DNA from: Eledone cirrhosa | Lineage: Eukaryota | NCBI GenBank assembly: GCA_964016885.1 | Contig: OZ024748.1 | Span: 15,810,001-15,874,000 of the forward strand | Direction of reading: 5' to 3' | Length of the DNA: 64,000 nucleotides | Part shown: in pieces, positions 26,030 to 39,345 of the stretch | How positions within the stretch are numbered: position 1 is the stretch's first letter | Layout of the letters: each line of letters begins with the position of its first letter | Made by a program: the position numbers and the translations under genes | The notes under the pieces: model-generated | The model's input: only the letters and a program-made list of their open reading frames with translations | The model's database searches: none | What the model was told of the DNA's origin: nothing

Positions 26030-26254
26030 TTAACACTTTAGCATTTAAACCGGCCATATTCGGCAAGAATTCTCTCACCTCTTCCTGTTCAAACTGTCTG
26101 TAACCGGCCGCTCATACTGATGTTAAGGTAGTGTTCTCAAAATAATATCAAAATTTCATAGATTCGATATTACGTGAGATAATTATATGAGGTAAAGCCT
26201 TTACCGAGAAAATATAATAGTAAATATAGAGTAATGTAAATGCTAAAGGGTTAA
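26030..26254. mobile_element. piggyBac-like MITE (TTAA ends, ccctttagcattta TIR)
   Basis: 'ttaacactttagcattta...taaatgctaaagggttaa'; copies at 37173-37392 and 60083-60311. Confidence 0.8.
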
Positions 26255-26296
26255 ATGGATTGAGTTGATCATATCGAACCATTATATATATATTTT

Positions 26297-26482
26297 CGGT
26301 GGATTGGCAGTATCAGTAGAAGGTCGGACGCCATGCTTTCCAGCATAGTTACGTCCCTTTACGATCTGAGTTCAAATCCCGCCGAGGTTGACTTTGCCTT
26401 TCATCCTTACGGGGTCGATAAAATAAAGTACCAGTAATGCACTGGGTAATTGCTGGCCTTGTGCCTAAAGTAGAAACAATTA
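26297..26482 (+). mobile_element. SINE family A, short-tail form
   Basis: Near-identical to 19044-19230. Confidence 0.9.
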
Positions 26483-26714
26483 AATATATATTTTTTAATT
26501 CTAGTATATATTTGATTAATATCTGTTTAGTCAAATTGCTAAGTTAAAGGACATAAACACACAAGCATAGACGAAGTGAGGACTCTTCACCTGTATCTTG
26601 GACATGACAATCTTCCTAGTGTTGGTGCCATCGTAAAATGCATACAATCTGTTGACATGTCCATCCTTTGGAAGCTGAAAAACCTGATGTTGAATGATTG
26701 TGTATATATATATA

Positions 26715-26841
26715 GTTATACTTGGGGAGGGTCATATTGTTATAATATTGTGAGAAATAATAACAGAACACACTCACAGTGAGTGTGTTCTGTTATTATT
26801 TCTGGCAATATTATAACAATATGACCCTCTCCAAGTATGAC
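26715..26841. repeat. Near-perfect palindrome with ~62-bp arms and a 1-nt centre at 26778
   Basis: 'atacttggggagggtcatattgttataatattg...cactcac a gtgagtg...caatattataacaatatgaccctctccaagtat'. Confidence 0.92.
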
Positions 26842-26884
26842 AATATTTGTTTCGACACACGATTTCATATCAAAAACTTTGCAA

Positions 26885-26926
<42 letters not shown>

Positions 26927-27289
26927 TATATATATATATATATAATTTAAAATTAAATTAGAAAATTTTGCCATTTCTTTGACTAAATAAAATAGTCTAA
27001 TAACAAGCTATATAAACCCACTGAACATGAACGTAAATGTGTGTACACATACATACATACACACGCAGACCAAATTAAACTGAAAAGCCATTGGGCACCC
27101 TGATGCTATAGTAGAAGACACTTATCCATAGAGCTGTATAGTTGGATCGAACCAAGAACCAGATGTGAAGATAACTCCATGCTTTTAACTAAAGTTGTAC
27201 AATTATCAAAATTATAAATCATATGTGAAGAAGAGATGAGATCATATTTCAACATGTTTTCACTCACACTTGAAATAAGCAAAGCTGAA

Positions 27290-27745
27290 AGGAGTCATGA
27301 TATTCTATAATGCAGACCTATATAACCCATCTTAGCACCCCACCAAAATTGTATAACAAAATAATAATGAAGATGATAAATCAAATTTGATTGGTTTTCA
27401 AGTGTCTATTTCTAACATGGTATTCTGTAATACAGATCCATCAAACCCACACCAGCATCAGGAAAATGCACAGCAAAATAATTATATTGATGAATCAAAT
27501 CAGTTTGTTGTTCAAGCTACCATTTTGGTTGTGATATTTTGTATCACAGATCTATCAAACCCATGTCATTGGTATTAACAAAAATGCACAATAAATTAAC
27601 AAAGATGATGATTAATTAAATCAGCTTAGTTTTCAAGCTTCTATTTTTATTGTGTTATTCTTTAACACAGATCCATCAAACCTATGTCAGCTTAAAACAA
27701 AAATGGGCAGCAAAATAACGATTGGTTTTCAAGCTGCCATTTTTA
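27290..27745. repeat. Old degenerate tandem repeat, ~120-bp unit, ~4 copies
   Basis: Recurring 'cagatccatcaaaccc' and 'ttggttttcaag' variants. Confidence 0.7.
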
Positions 27746-29354
27746 TATTCCTGAATTATTCATTTATAAATACAAAGAAATCCTTCTTCAGTGGAAAACA
27801 TTCACAGCATTTAGGCACCAGATATTCTCTTCTCAGCAGTCTTGGGCTCTCTTAATAATAACCCCAAATATTTATGCAACCTCCAAGATTATAAAACAAG
27901 TGTTCTCTCTGTAACATGATAAATAAATACAACAGCATCTGCTGCATGAAAAGTTGTAAACCAAGATGAAGTAATTACTTTACATGTATGCATATGTGTG
28001 TGAGTGTGTGTATTAATTCCTTAGTAATGCTCTGTGATGTGCTCTATAGCATGTGTGTGTATGCGTGCACATATATGTGTTCTATGGTGTGTGTAAGTGT
28101 GTGTGAATGGCAGAATCTATAGAGCATAAAAGCCAAAATGTCTTATGTTGTGTTACGTCCCTTTATAATCTGAGTTCAAGCTGTACTAAAGCTCACTTTG
28201 CCTTTCTTCCTTCCTAGGTTAATAAAACTATAAAAATGTCTCAGTTTATTTATGTTAGAAACCATCATTTTTTTCTGGGTCCATATTTTTCACATTGCAG
28301 TAACGAAACATCATAATATTGTATATTTATTAGTACTGAGATGAAGAACATCACCTATAATATACCATATGGATATCCTGGATTTGAACAGCCCATTGTA
28401 AAGCTAGTAATAGGCACAGACTACATGTTAAATGTAGGTTTGGTAAAACGCCCAGGTCAGCTGTGAAATGTAGGCCTCCCAAAGTTGTTAAGCTCAGACC
28501 AGATATAAAATGAAGGCTCACATAGCTGCTCATAGGACCCAGTCTGATGTGAAGGCCTTCTTTCAAGCTACTCATTAAGTATTTCAGCAATCAGTACTAA
28601 ATAAATATGATTTATGTATAGATTAAGTGTATATACGTGTACATGTAGTGGATATGATGTAACAGAACAGAATATATAAGATCTAGGGTTAGAGGTGTGC
28701 AAGACCCTTCAAATTAGCAGGGAGGCCCATGCTAACCGAACAGGAATTAGGAAGAGCATCCAGCCAAAAATATTTTTTTGAGCAAGACACGGCCATCTTC
28801 TTTGGCTTGGCTCACAACAGGACAACTCATCAAACCCATGCTAATGTGGGAAGAAAATGGATGTTAAACAGTGATGACGATGATATGGTTGATTGTCTAA
28901 AATTTCAAGTGGCTGCAACACGTGTAAAGAACTGATGATTGTTCACACACACACACACACACAGACACACACAGACACACACAAAAGGAAGAGCAGCAAC
29001 AGATGTCTTTCTTTACCTCATGAATTAAAAGTGAGAATATGCAAGGCATGTGTAAGAAGTGCAATACTGTATGACAGGGAAACATGACTTGTGAATACTG
29101 ATGTTTTACAATGATTGAGCATCAACTGTATTGGCAGATATATATATATACATACATATGTATATATCTATATATGTATGTATATATCTCTCTATGTATA
29201 TACAGACATACGAGTGTGTATGTATATATACACACACACACACACATGTCTGTATATATAGAGAGATATATACATACATACATACATACATAGATATGTA
29301 TATATCTGTATATGTATTTATGTATATATATCTCTATATATATAGACATATGTG

Positions 29355-29406
<52 letters not shown>

Positions 29407-29774
29407 GACACTCGCACACACACACATACATACATACACATACACAAAGGAAAGGAATGAGAGAGTACATTGTTATCCACATATATAGGTAAAGGAAATA
29501 TGCAAATTAGTTGACGGCGGGGGAAGATTAGGGAAAATGTGTATATGTATATAATTATGTTTATGTATGTATATACTTATTTATGTGTGTATATATTTAT
29601 GTATACACATATATATGCATATATGTGTGTCGATGTGTGTATTTATATATTTATAATAACAAAAATATGTAATCAAAACTTGGTATTCTTCATATATACA
29701 TTCTGCTTGTGTATCAGGTGTTCACAGGGTTAGCACCACCAGTAATTCCCTGAATAACTTATTCTCTCTCAAAG

Positions 29775-29950
29775 AAAGTGTGGTAAGGGAGCAGGTGGAC
29801 CATAACGCACCAGAGTACTTGATACTTAGAGGAGTAGAGTGGGTAATAGGAAAAGAGTCAGGACCCCAACAGCTGAGCTCCAGCCGTTTTGACAGCTAGA
29901 TCTAGCCTGTCAAAACAGCTAGCGTTCAGCAGTCAGGTTCGAGACTTTTT
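29775..29950 (-). mobile_element. Copy of the 3855 hammerhead-tail family with a local fold-back
   Basis: 'ggaccataacgcaccagagtacttgatacttag..gtagagtgggtaatagg' plus the palindrome 'ttttgacagctagatctagcctgtcaaaa'. Confidence 0.7.
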
Positions 29951-29982
<32 letters not shown>

Positions 29983-30825
29983 CTACACACACACACACTT
30001 ATATATATATATCCAGTTATGAATTTCTATGTTCTGAGTTCAAATTTTGCTGAGGTAAACTTTGCTTTTCATCCTTCCAAGTTTCGACACAAACGTTCCA
30101 GTTAAATATTGGGGCTGATATAATAAATACAAGAGTCACTATAAATTGATGACCTTGTGCTTAAAATTAGAAACCATTATTCTACCTAGGTTAAACAGAA
30201 AAAAAGGAGAGTTTGTCGGCCTAATATTCCACAGCAACTCTGAATCAATATATTCCAGTGATAAATCGGTCATCTACATAAGATGTTCCCAAGAGTATAT
30301 ATTACTGAATATATTTGAATCTTATAAAGAAAACTATCTATGCAAATATATAGTCTGTACAGAGCAGTAGCAGTCTTAATGCAAATATGACTATTGCATT
30401 TGTGTTTAGCATGGAAAGTTGATATAATTTGATATTTCTCATACAAGAGCCTCTAAGAACTGCTTCTAAGACGTTCAAGTTGCAATGGCCAGTTATATAG
30501 AATGTGAAGTAGAATTTTTCACTTGATGATTTCACAAATATAACTGAACTGACTGTAAAGTTGTAATGTCAGCCATTTGTAATAGCTGGCCAAACTTACT
30601 GAAGAAATATTTGCTTTTTCATGGCAGAAAGAAAACATATATACATACATATATATATATAAATACATATACATATGATTTGATATGCACACTTTTAATA
30701 TCTTTCCAGTAGCATTGTGTATCTATGAATGAACATATCTCTGTGTGTGTGCGTGTGCGCATGTGTTGAGTGTGTGTGCATTGAGTGTGTGCATATGTGT
30801 GCATGCGCGTGTGTGATTATGTATA

Positions 30826-31330
30826 TATCATCATTGTTTTCATGTCAGTTTTTCCATGATTGCATGAGTTGGGCAGGTCCTTCTCAGCACAGCATCTTTC
30901 CATTCCTTCAGCATTCCTTCAGCAGCTTGAGGTCAGCTCTCACTGCATCTCACCAGATCTTTCTTGGTCTACTCCTACTGCAGCTTCCTTCCACTACTAC
31001 CATTTCCTGCTACATCTTCATCCCACAATCATCATGTCTATACCAACACAGTCTTCTCTGTTGCACACTACCTTGGATTCCTCGGTGTACCTATACTGCA
31101 GCTTCCCTGGCACTTCATCCAGTAATCATCATCCATGGACATCACATGTCCACACCAATGCAGTCTTCTCTCCTAAACACTGCTTCGGATTTCTCTTAAA
31201 CCCAGTTTCTCCCTCAGCTCATTAAAGCTCTGTCTTTTATCCACACTTACATTGCACATCCAACAAAGTATATTTGTTTCATTTCTCTCCCTTCTACACA
31301 TGTCCTCTGAAGTAACAGTTCATGTTTCAT
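30826..31330 (-). mobile_element. Decayed RTE-type LINE 3' end with the shared SINE tail
   Basis: Minus strand 'gtggaaggaagctgcagtaggagtagaccaagaaagatctgg' (VEGSCSRSRPRKIW), homologous to 45140-45358. Confidence 0.75.
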
Positions 31331-31344
31331 TATCATTGAGTGGG

Positions 31345-31535
31345 TATGATGTAGTTTGCCTTTGTTTCTTATTCTGAGTGTGCAATGGAGTGGTGGTCAC
31401 CCCTATACAAGTATTTACTATAGTTATAACATTGTTATCAATATGCATGGGAGTGTATTTTAGGACATAATTCTGAAGGGCATGATTCGCTTTTTACTGT
31501 AGGTGTACTTTGGTATGTATAGAGTAGTTTAGGTC
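31345..31535 (-). mobile_element. Penelope-like element remnant (GIY-YIG endonuclease fragment)
   Basis: Minus strand with frameshifts: KLLYTYQSTPTVKS...QCYNYSKY / CIGVTTTPLHT / RIR, resembling the PLE pattern C-x-x-C...YIGET...PLH.R. Confidence 0.45.
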
Positions 31536-31663
31536 AGGTTCAGGTGTACAGACAATAGTTTGAGTTCTTGGATCGGATTCATATTTTTCAACTTTATGAT
31601 AGTGTGTGTGTCTGTGTGTGTGTGGCTTCCAGCATATCATGGAAAAATTATACAGCTCAAATG

Positions 31664-31741
31664 TATTTTGTCTGAAGAGGACGTGCTTTGGTTTATGTTA
31701 TACATAAAACTTTGCATCTTCGAAATATATATAATAAAATA
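31664..31741 (+). ncRNA. Type-I hammerhead ribozyme motif (minimal stem III)
   Basis: Stem I uauuuugu/auaaaaua; CUGAAGA 31672-31678; stem II gga.gugc/gcau.uuc with inner uuuaugu/acauaaa; GAAA 31722-31725; palindromic UAUAUA; UA cleavage after 31733. Confidence 0.7.
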
Positions 31742-31769
31742 GAGATGATATAAAGTATATATCTTTTGT

Positions 31770-31835
<66 letters not shown>

Positions 31836-31859
31836 AAAGGGTAACCAGGAATAACAACA

Positions 31860-31956
31860 CAATTGGTACAGTATATGGAAGGAATATATTAGGACAACGC
31901 TTGATATAGCAGGAAGAGAGTCTTAACGTTTCGGATGCTAGTCCTTCATCAGAAGA
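31860..31956 (-). ncRNA. Minimal hammerhead-like motif (31956-31921) plus its repeat tail
   Basis: Minus strand ucuu-CUGAUGA-a-gga(cuagca)ucc-GAA-ACGU-u-aaga; palindromic ACGU stem III; one extra A after the core. Confidence 0.5.
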
Positions 31957-32368
31957 AAGAATGAGAAATAAGATAGATTGAGGGGACGGATGGGTTGGAA
32001 TTGGAAAAAAAAATGTCTTTAGATAAACATAACAAGTCCATTCATGTTGACATCTCTTGCAAGATTATATAATTTTCTAATGTCTGCTCTTTCAGCTAGC
32101 AAGGGTTTGACAGGTCTACATACAACAAGCCATTGCTGAAGCAGGGCTACTGACCTAGGTAGGCTGATGGGTCTGTATCTCGCTTATGTTTGGTCATATA
32201 TTCTATATATCATTTAATGTCTATTTTTCCACACTTGCATTGGTTAGGTATAGATAAATAGATATGAAGTAAATTTCCATTGGATGTGATTACATATACT
32301 AACTGGTCCTAACATGAATCAAGTACAACCCTGATTTAGCATCTTTGTGGTGTCCATGACATGAACAC

Positions 32369-32416
<48 letters not shown>

Positions 32417-32509
32417 AAGTACTTTAAACAGATATGTATCATGGAACCAAGGGCAATTTCAGATGGTTTGCTATCAAAAAGGTTTATAACTAACTCTGGA
32501 ACTATGAGT

Positions 32510-32640
32510 TCGGATCTAGCTGTCGAAACGGCTAGAGCTCAGCCGTCGCGGTTCCGACTCTTTTCCTATTACCCACTCTACTACCCTAAGTATTGAGTAC
32601 TCTGGTGCGTTATGGTCCACTTGGTATCTTACCACACCCT
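32510..32640 (+). mobile_element. Copy of the 3855 family (hammerhead 3' half, GAAACGGCU...AGCCGUC)
   Basis: Reverse-complement homology to 3860-3975. Confidence 0.75.
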
Positions 32641-32648
32641 CTTTGTTT

Positions 32649-32681
<33 letters not shown>

Positions 32682-32709
32682 CTATACACATATATACATG
32701 TGTGTATAG

Positions 32710-32761
<52 letters not shown>

Positions 32762-33263
32762 CTATATACACATATATGTGTGCATGTCTATACCCATATC
32801 TCTTTATATCCTATAATTTAGCTTTAACACACAGCTTGTTGAAATATATATTAAGTTAAAATGAATACCTTTAAGTCACCTCACATGACATGCTGGAATA
32901 GAATATACCTATTCTCAAAACTGGGAATCACATCAGTGAATACAGATAATTAAATGTTTGATTCAAATAATTTGAGGATTTATGAGTCTCAGTATTTTTT
33001 TAGATGTACTAACAAACGAATTAGACTTGGCTTGATACATTTTATTTTGCAAATCATTTTCAGTATTTAAATTGCAGTTGACCGATTGGCTGAAATCTAA
33101 AATAACAGGTGTCAATGCAATTCTCTCTTACCTTACAAACAATTAACATGACATGGAAGCATCTACTACTGCTCTAGGTGACAGAAATAATCAACTGTCT
33201 TTTTCAAAAGATAGAAGTAGTGGCGTAAGATTGGTTTGTAGAGGTGATTTTATAAAGGTACTA

Positions 33264-33303
<40 letters not shown>

Positions 33304-34339
33304 GAAGTAGCAAATGATGCAACAGTGAGTGAGATAATAAGCACTTGAGAAAAGCTTTCTGCTGTCTGTGAAGACTAGCAATGTTAAAAGTAATAATAAT
33401 AGGATGATTCTGATGCTGCTGAAGAATCTACTGTGTCATTTCAAAGTGGTTATACACTGCTAGAGATTGCTGCTGTCATTGATAAAGGTGAGGAGAGGGG
33501 ACTAGATGAGATAGATAGGGGAGGAGAGGAGACTAGATGAGAGAGATAGGAGAGGAGAGGGAAAGGAAGGGACATATAGGTGATGCTTCAATGCTGTTTG
33601 GTATTGTTGCTGCAACAAAGCTGACATACTTGTTTAACATGTCATGGCAGGTGTTGATGGTGAGGAGGTTATGGCATTTAGAAATCCAACAAGTGAACCA
33701 GTGCGTCACATAATGGTTGGGAATGTGTGTTGTGTGAATACTTAAGAACAGTTGAGAAAACATTTAACTGTTTATGTACCAAAACCGCCTGAAGCTGCCC
33801 TTCGTTTCATGATATGAAGCTATTTTGTTTAAAGTGTTTATATTTATCTAAAAAAATAGCTTCCATCTTTTTTTCTTTTTCATGTAGCAACCTTTAAGTT
33901 ATATTCCAAATAGCTTTATAATGAAAATGTTAGTTATATTACTAAATCCTTCCAACTTCTTTATTTTCAAAATTATTTGAAAATTATAGAAGTCTATGTT
34001 TTATTAGCAACTTCATAATGGCATCTAAGAATCCAATAACTGAATGGGTCGTTGAGAAAACCTTTCATTTGGAGGGCTCTGTTTCCATATCTGTCTTGAC
34101 CAGAGATAGTTATAAATACTGTTGATAGCAAACCATCTGAAATTGCCCTTGGTTCCATGATTCAAAACTGTTTAAATTACTTACAATATATTCGTGAATA
34201 TAAACCGAGGAATGTGTGAAAAAAAACAAACTCTGTGGTAAAATGAAGGGGGTGAGTCTTACACTTACCATCTAAACATAATATGGTTGATTAGTTGCCA
34301 TGGTTTATAAACAGGGTTTGGATTTTTGCCCATTCCTCA

Positions 34340-34635
34340 AATACTGTGGTCGTGATGGCGATGTGACTAAAAGCACCAAGTCCACACTGTAAAGTGGTCA
34401 AGATCGTGACATGACAAAAAGCACCCAGTCTACATTGTAAAGTGGTTGTGTAGGCGTCATGAAAAAAAGCACCCATTACACACTGCTAATGAGGTTGGCG
34501 TTAGGAAGGGCAAGCCAGACTCAGTTCTGTATGAACAAAACATGGTCACCTGACCGGGCATTGCTCACAACAGGACAACTCATGTAACACATACAAGCTT
34601 GGAAAAATGGACATTAGTGATGATGATGATGATGT
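34340..34635 (+). mobile_element. SINE family B, partial
   Basis: 'gaggttggcgttaggaagggc', internal repeats and tail 'ggaaaaatggacattagtgatgatg'. Confidence 0.75.
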
Positions 34636-35393
34636 AAGACAATTCAACTTTGCCTTTCATTCTTCTGGGGTTGATATAATCAACTATCTCGTCTCACAAA
34701 TTGCTGGCCTTGTGCGAATGTTAGAAAAAATTATTAAATGCTATAAAGCACAGAAGCCGTTTCCGATCCCAGATTTTTATGTGATTTTAAGTATAGCCAT
34801 TTACCAACCATCTGTATAATGTTGGAGAGTAATATTATAGTAAATAGCAAATAAAATACAAATATATCCTGGCAAGAATTCAACACTTCCATTTGCAGAA
34901 TAGAAAATTTGTTTATATTAAAAGATACATATTTTTTTTAATATACATGCATATATTTATAACTGCGTAAGCAAACACATGTGGTGGGATGTGTTGTGTA
35001 ACTGGGTATATATTTTAACATAGATTAAATTTTCACAATGAATACAACAATGGGAAATACAGATAGTAAAAGGCCCTTGATGCCTTGGAAAAAAAAAATG
35101 AATTCAATTTTTATTTATTTATATATTTTGCAAACAGGTTTTCTCAACAAATTTCCAGTTGGAAAGAAATTTTTCCCAAATAACTTAAGTGAGTGTTTAA
35201 AGTAGAAATCGATAGAAATACATGCATATATACACACACGTGTGTATGTGTGTATTTGTAAGAGTGTATGTAAAACTATATATATACATATAACTTGATA
35301 AAAAAAAACATTGAAGGTAAATAAAATGCATTTATACTTATACCAAACCAAATACATATGTACTAATTTTTACATATTTAAAGTGTTTATCTT

Positions 35394-35430
<37 letters not shown>

Positions 35431-35476
35431 AAATATAAGATCCTTCATACATATATATATACACCCACACACCCAT

Positions 35477-35508
<32 letters not shown>

Positions 35509-35681
35509 TATATATATATAATTCTTGTATGTTTATTTAACATGCTTATATAAGATACTACCTACATAGATATACATCCACACATCCATTATATATATAT
35601 ATATATGTATATAATATTAGTATGTTTGTTTAGCATGGATATATACAATATAAGGTCCTACATACATACACATAAATACAA

Positions 35682-35720
<39 letters not shown>

Positions 35721-36860
35721 CATACATATACATACACATATATACACACACATATATATATGTAAAATTTTAGTATGTTTCAATATATTGGAAGTGCTAG
35801 AAATATTCCCTGAGCTGTGTAAAAGTTCAGAAATGCTGCCATTGCAGAATATGTGAAACATACATTTCTAGTTTCTTTCCATGGAACTTGGTTTTTTTAA
35901 GTATGGCAAATTTTAAAAATATTTATTGATTTCAACACTAATGTGATTAATTTCTGTTTAATCAAACATCATCATACAAATATTTATATCTAGAATCTTC
36001 TTGTCATCAAATAAAATATTATATGTGAGTATCTGTGTGAGTATATGTATGCGAGCACATATCTATATATACATACATAACATCACACACCCACGTATAT
36101 GTGTCTACATACAAACATACATACATACATACATATTTATGTAGGTAGAAACATTTATTGCCAACTGTGCTTCGTTAACCATTCAGCCATGCCTGAGATT
36201 GATCCCAAGACCTCATGGTTATGAAGCGACATTAAACACTCAGCCATGCCGGAGTCTATTTATGTAGGTATATTGTAACAGTCAAGAGAAAAATACTTTC
36301 AGTACATATAAAGTGGTGGTCATTAGGAAGGGCATTCAGCAATACAAACCAAGCCAAAACTGGAGTATATAACCACTCACACATGTTTAACAATGTTTAA
36401 TTTGCATTGTGGAAGTTAAGTTAGTGAAAGTTTGTTCTAAGATGAAGTCTTATCAAGCCACTCCTTATGCTCGGTTTCCTTGGTGTTAAGCGACAGAGTA
36501 CAAGACTCTGTCCTGAATAGGATGCCAGTCTACCAAAGGTTTAACTCTCTAGCTACTGCTGGTATTCACTCATCTAAGCTGAATGTACTTGAGCAACATG
36601 AAATAAAGTGTTTTGCTCTAGAACACAGCAGCCTATCTGTGATAGATCCTACATTAAGCTTCCTCACCATTAGACCATGAGCCTTCACATTGTGGAAGCC
36701 CTCTAATAAACACTATAATTTACACTTTACACAATGCTTCAAGCAAACTACACCCCACCCCCCACACACACATTTGAAAGGGTTCCTTTTTCCTCTCAAC
36801 ATCCTGTAATGATTTAGTAGGAAATACCTAAAAACAAGTTTGTCAATTCAAATGTTTATA

Positions 36861-37043
36861 CAGTGAAATTCTGTTATAACAAAATTCACAGGGTATAAAA
36901 AAAAAAATTGTTATAACGAAAATTCCTTATGAGTATCGACCGAAACAAATCGAGCGTTTGTTTTTATTATCTCTAGGATTGAAAAAAAATGTTATACTGA
37001 ATAATTTGTTATAATGGTATTCATTATAACAGAATTTTACCTG
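36861..37043. mobile_element. Tc1/mariner/pogo-type MITE
   Basis: TA|cagtgaaattctgttataa ... ttataacagaattttacctg|TA terminal inverted repeats. Confidence 0.75.
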
Positions 37044-37172
37044 TAGTGTCTTTTTTGGTGGACAGATTGCTAAACTTGCTGGAAACTAAAGCAAAGACCT
37101 CAGTTTTTAATACTATATACAGCTTTGTATTTTTCAAAACGTTTTGTGGAATGTAAGATGTTCCAATATAAT

Positions 37173-37392
37173 TTAACAATTTAGTATTTAAACTGGCCAT
37201 ATCCAGCCAGAATTCTCTCACCCCTTTCTTTTCAAACCAGCTGTAACTAGCTGCTCATACTAATGTTAAGATATTCTCAAAATAATATCAAAATCTCAGA
37301 GTCAATACTATGTGAGATAATTATGTAAGATAAAGCATTTACCATGAAAATACTATAGTAAATATAGAGTAATGTAAATGCTAAAGGGTTAA
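37173..37392. mobile_element. piggyBac-like MITE copy
   Basis: Homologous to 26030-26254; TTAA at both ends. Confidence 0.8.
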
Positions 37393-37449
37393 TATAAGAA
37401 CCTTTTGTTATGATATTTTACAAATACCAACATAGTGAAATCATTAATA

Positions 37450-37860
37450 ATTTCAGGAAATCCCTCCTAATTCTTTTCTTCGCTCACTTATTCCTGAAAA
37501 GGTTGTTGGAGCAGAGTTCTCACAAACTCCTTCCAGCCAGTCCTGTCAGAAGCAAAAGTCTCCAATTTATCTGGCTAGATCCCCAAGCAAGAACAGCCAA
37601 GCTCACGAATGTTATTTAACAATTTTGCTAGGGATCTATCCTTGGGTTTCCTCCCAGTTGGTGTTGCCCGTAAAATCTGTCCAGTAATTATTTCCTGAAA
37701 TATTCTAACCACATGTCCATAATACCAGAACTGTTATCTTTCAATTGAGAGAAGTAGCAGCTTTAGCTAGAGCAACTCTCTGATATCCAAACTACACACT
37801 ATTGAGTTGTTACTCCAAAGACCCTTCGTATTCACAATCGCATTCTTTCAGTCAATACCT
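37450..37860 (-). mobile_element. Decayed RTE-type LINE 3' end
   Basis: Minus strand 'tggtattggacatgtggttagaat...acaccaactgggaggaaacccaaggatagatcc' (GHVVR...PTGRKPR). Confidence 0.65.
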
Positions 37861-38252
37861 CTTATTTCTTCATTAATTCAAATATTGTGTATTTCATTAA
37901 AAATGTGGTAAAAAAAGGATTGAAAAAAAAATTAGTTATTCACTTATCTATTGTCTTATACAGAAAATAAAAGACATTAGTATTCCATTTATCATTTTCT
38001 ATCCCTCTTCTCTGATGATAATGGCAAATAAAAATATATTCATTCTATTTCTGTTTTTATTCTTCTAACATAGAAACTGACTTTTAGCTGACTTCTGCTG
38101 ATCTGCCAGTTTTAAGGCTGTACTTTTAGATCAATAAACATGGAAAAATGGATGAGGAGAGAACAAATGTATGCTACAGTTTACCATTTCATCAAGGGAG
38201 CTCTTTCTCAAAGTAAGACCATCTTAGACACAAAAGATTATACACATACACA

Positions 38253-38324
<72 letters not shown>

Positions 38325-39119
38325 CATATACATATATAAAACACATTCATATGGCCAGGCTTCCATGTTGAATTGTATATCCATTGTTAGCTAAAATATC
38401 AGTCAATGTCTACCAAACTATTTATGAGGTTATTGTAGAATAAAGTTTAGTTTGGTATAAAAGACAAAAACAAAAATAAAGTCTTTTTTTTTCGTCTTGT
38501 TTCCCCCCATTTGTTTTCTGGCAATGTTTTTATTTATTGCAGCAGTCTTTAAGCCAGATTAACTTGCTATGCTGTCTGCAATTTAAAACCTAGTTTCTTC
38601 AATAAACTTCTATAAAAGAACAAAGAGAGAGATGGTTACGATGGAACAAGGCAAACACAAAAATATTATTTTCTTAGAACAAAGAATAGATTTCTATTTA
38701 TCTAACATTCTTAAACAAGCTTAGCCTCCTTTCTACTTTTGCACAATATTTGACTATTTTGAGAGAGAGAAAGAGATAGATAGGCAAAAACAAGAAACAA
38801 ACAGTTTCCAAGTCAACTAAATAATCTAGGATATAAGTTCAAGATGTCATGTTTTCAATGCTCCTTTACATGTAAAAAGCTTGAATAGATATTGAGTACT
38901 ACTTTAAAAAAACAACAAAAATACACGCCCTCCTACACACAGCCACACATTCGTTTTAGATATCTAATTGCATATGAACATGTATCAACTGACACTAGGA
39001 TATAAATGAATATATATGTAAAATTGCACATGCATGCAGACACTAATATATAAATAAATATACAAGGTATACCAAAGAATGTATACACACTTTGATTACC
39101 TGTACAGGAAATATTTATT

Positions 39120-39345
39120 AGAATGCTCCAGTTTACTCAGCTGTAGAAATGAGATGATAGGGACTGGGGTCCATATCATTCCACTGCAAAGTGGTCGTGG
39201 AGGTGCCACGGCAAAAAAGCACCCAGCACTCACTGTAAATGAGGTTGGTGTTAGGAAGGGCATCCAGCTGTAGAAATCAAGCCAGAATCAGTTCCTGTCC
39301 TACACTTGCAAGCAGGGAAAAAGCGGACGTAAAATGAAATGATGA
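39120..39345 (+). mobile_element. SINE family B, 5'-truncated
   Basis: Reverse-complement match to 10708-10980. Confidence 0.85.

Noticed and set aside
33132-33260. Minus-strand segment with good splice sites
   Set aside because: Stops in all three frames; could only be a non-coding exon, and there is no supporting evidence.
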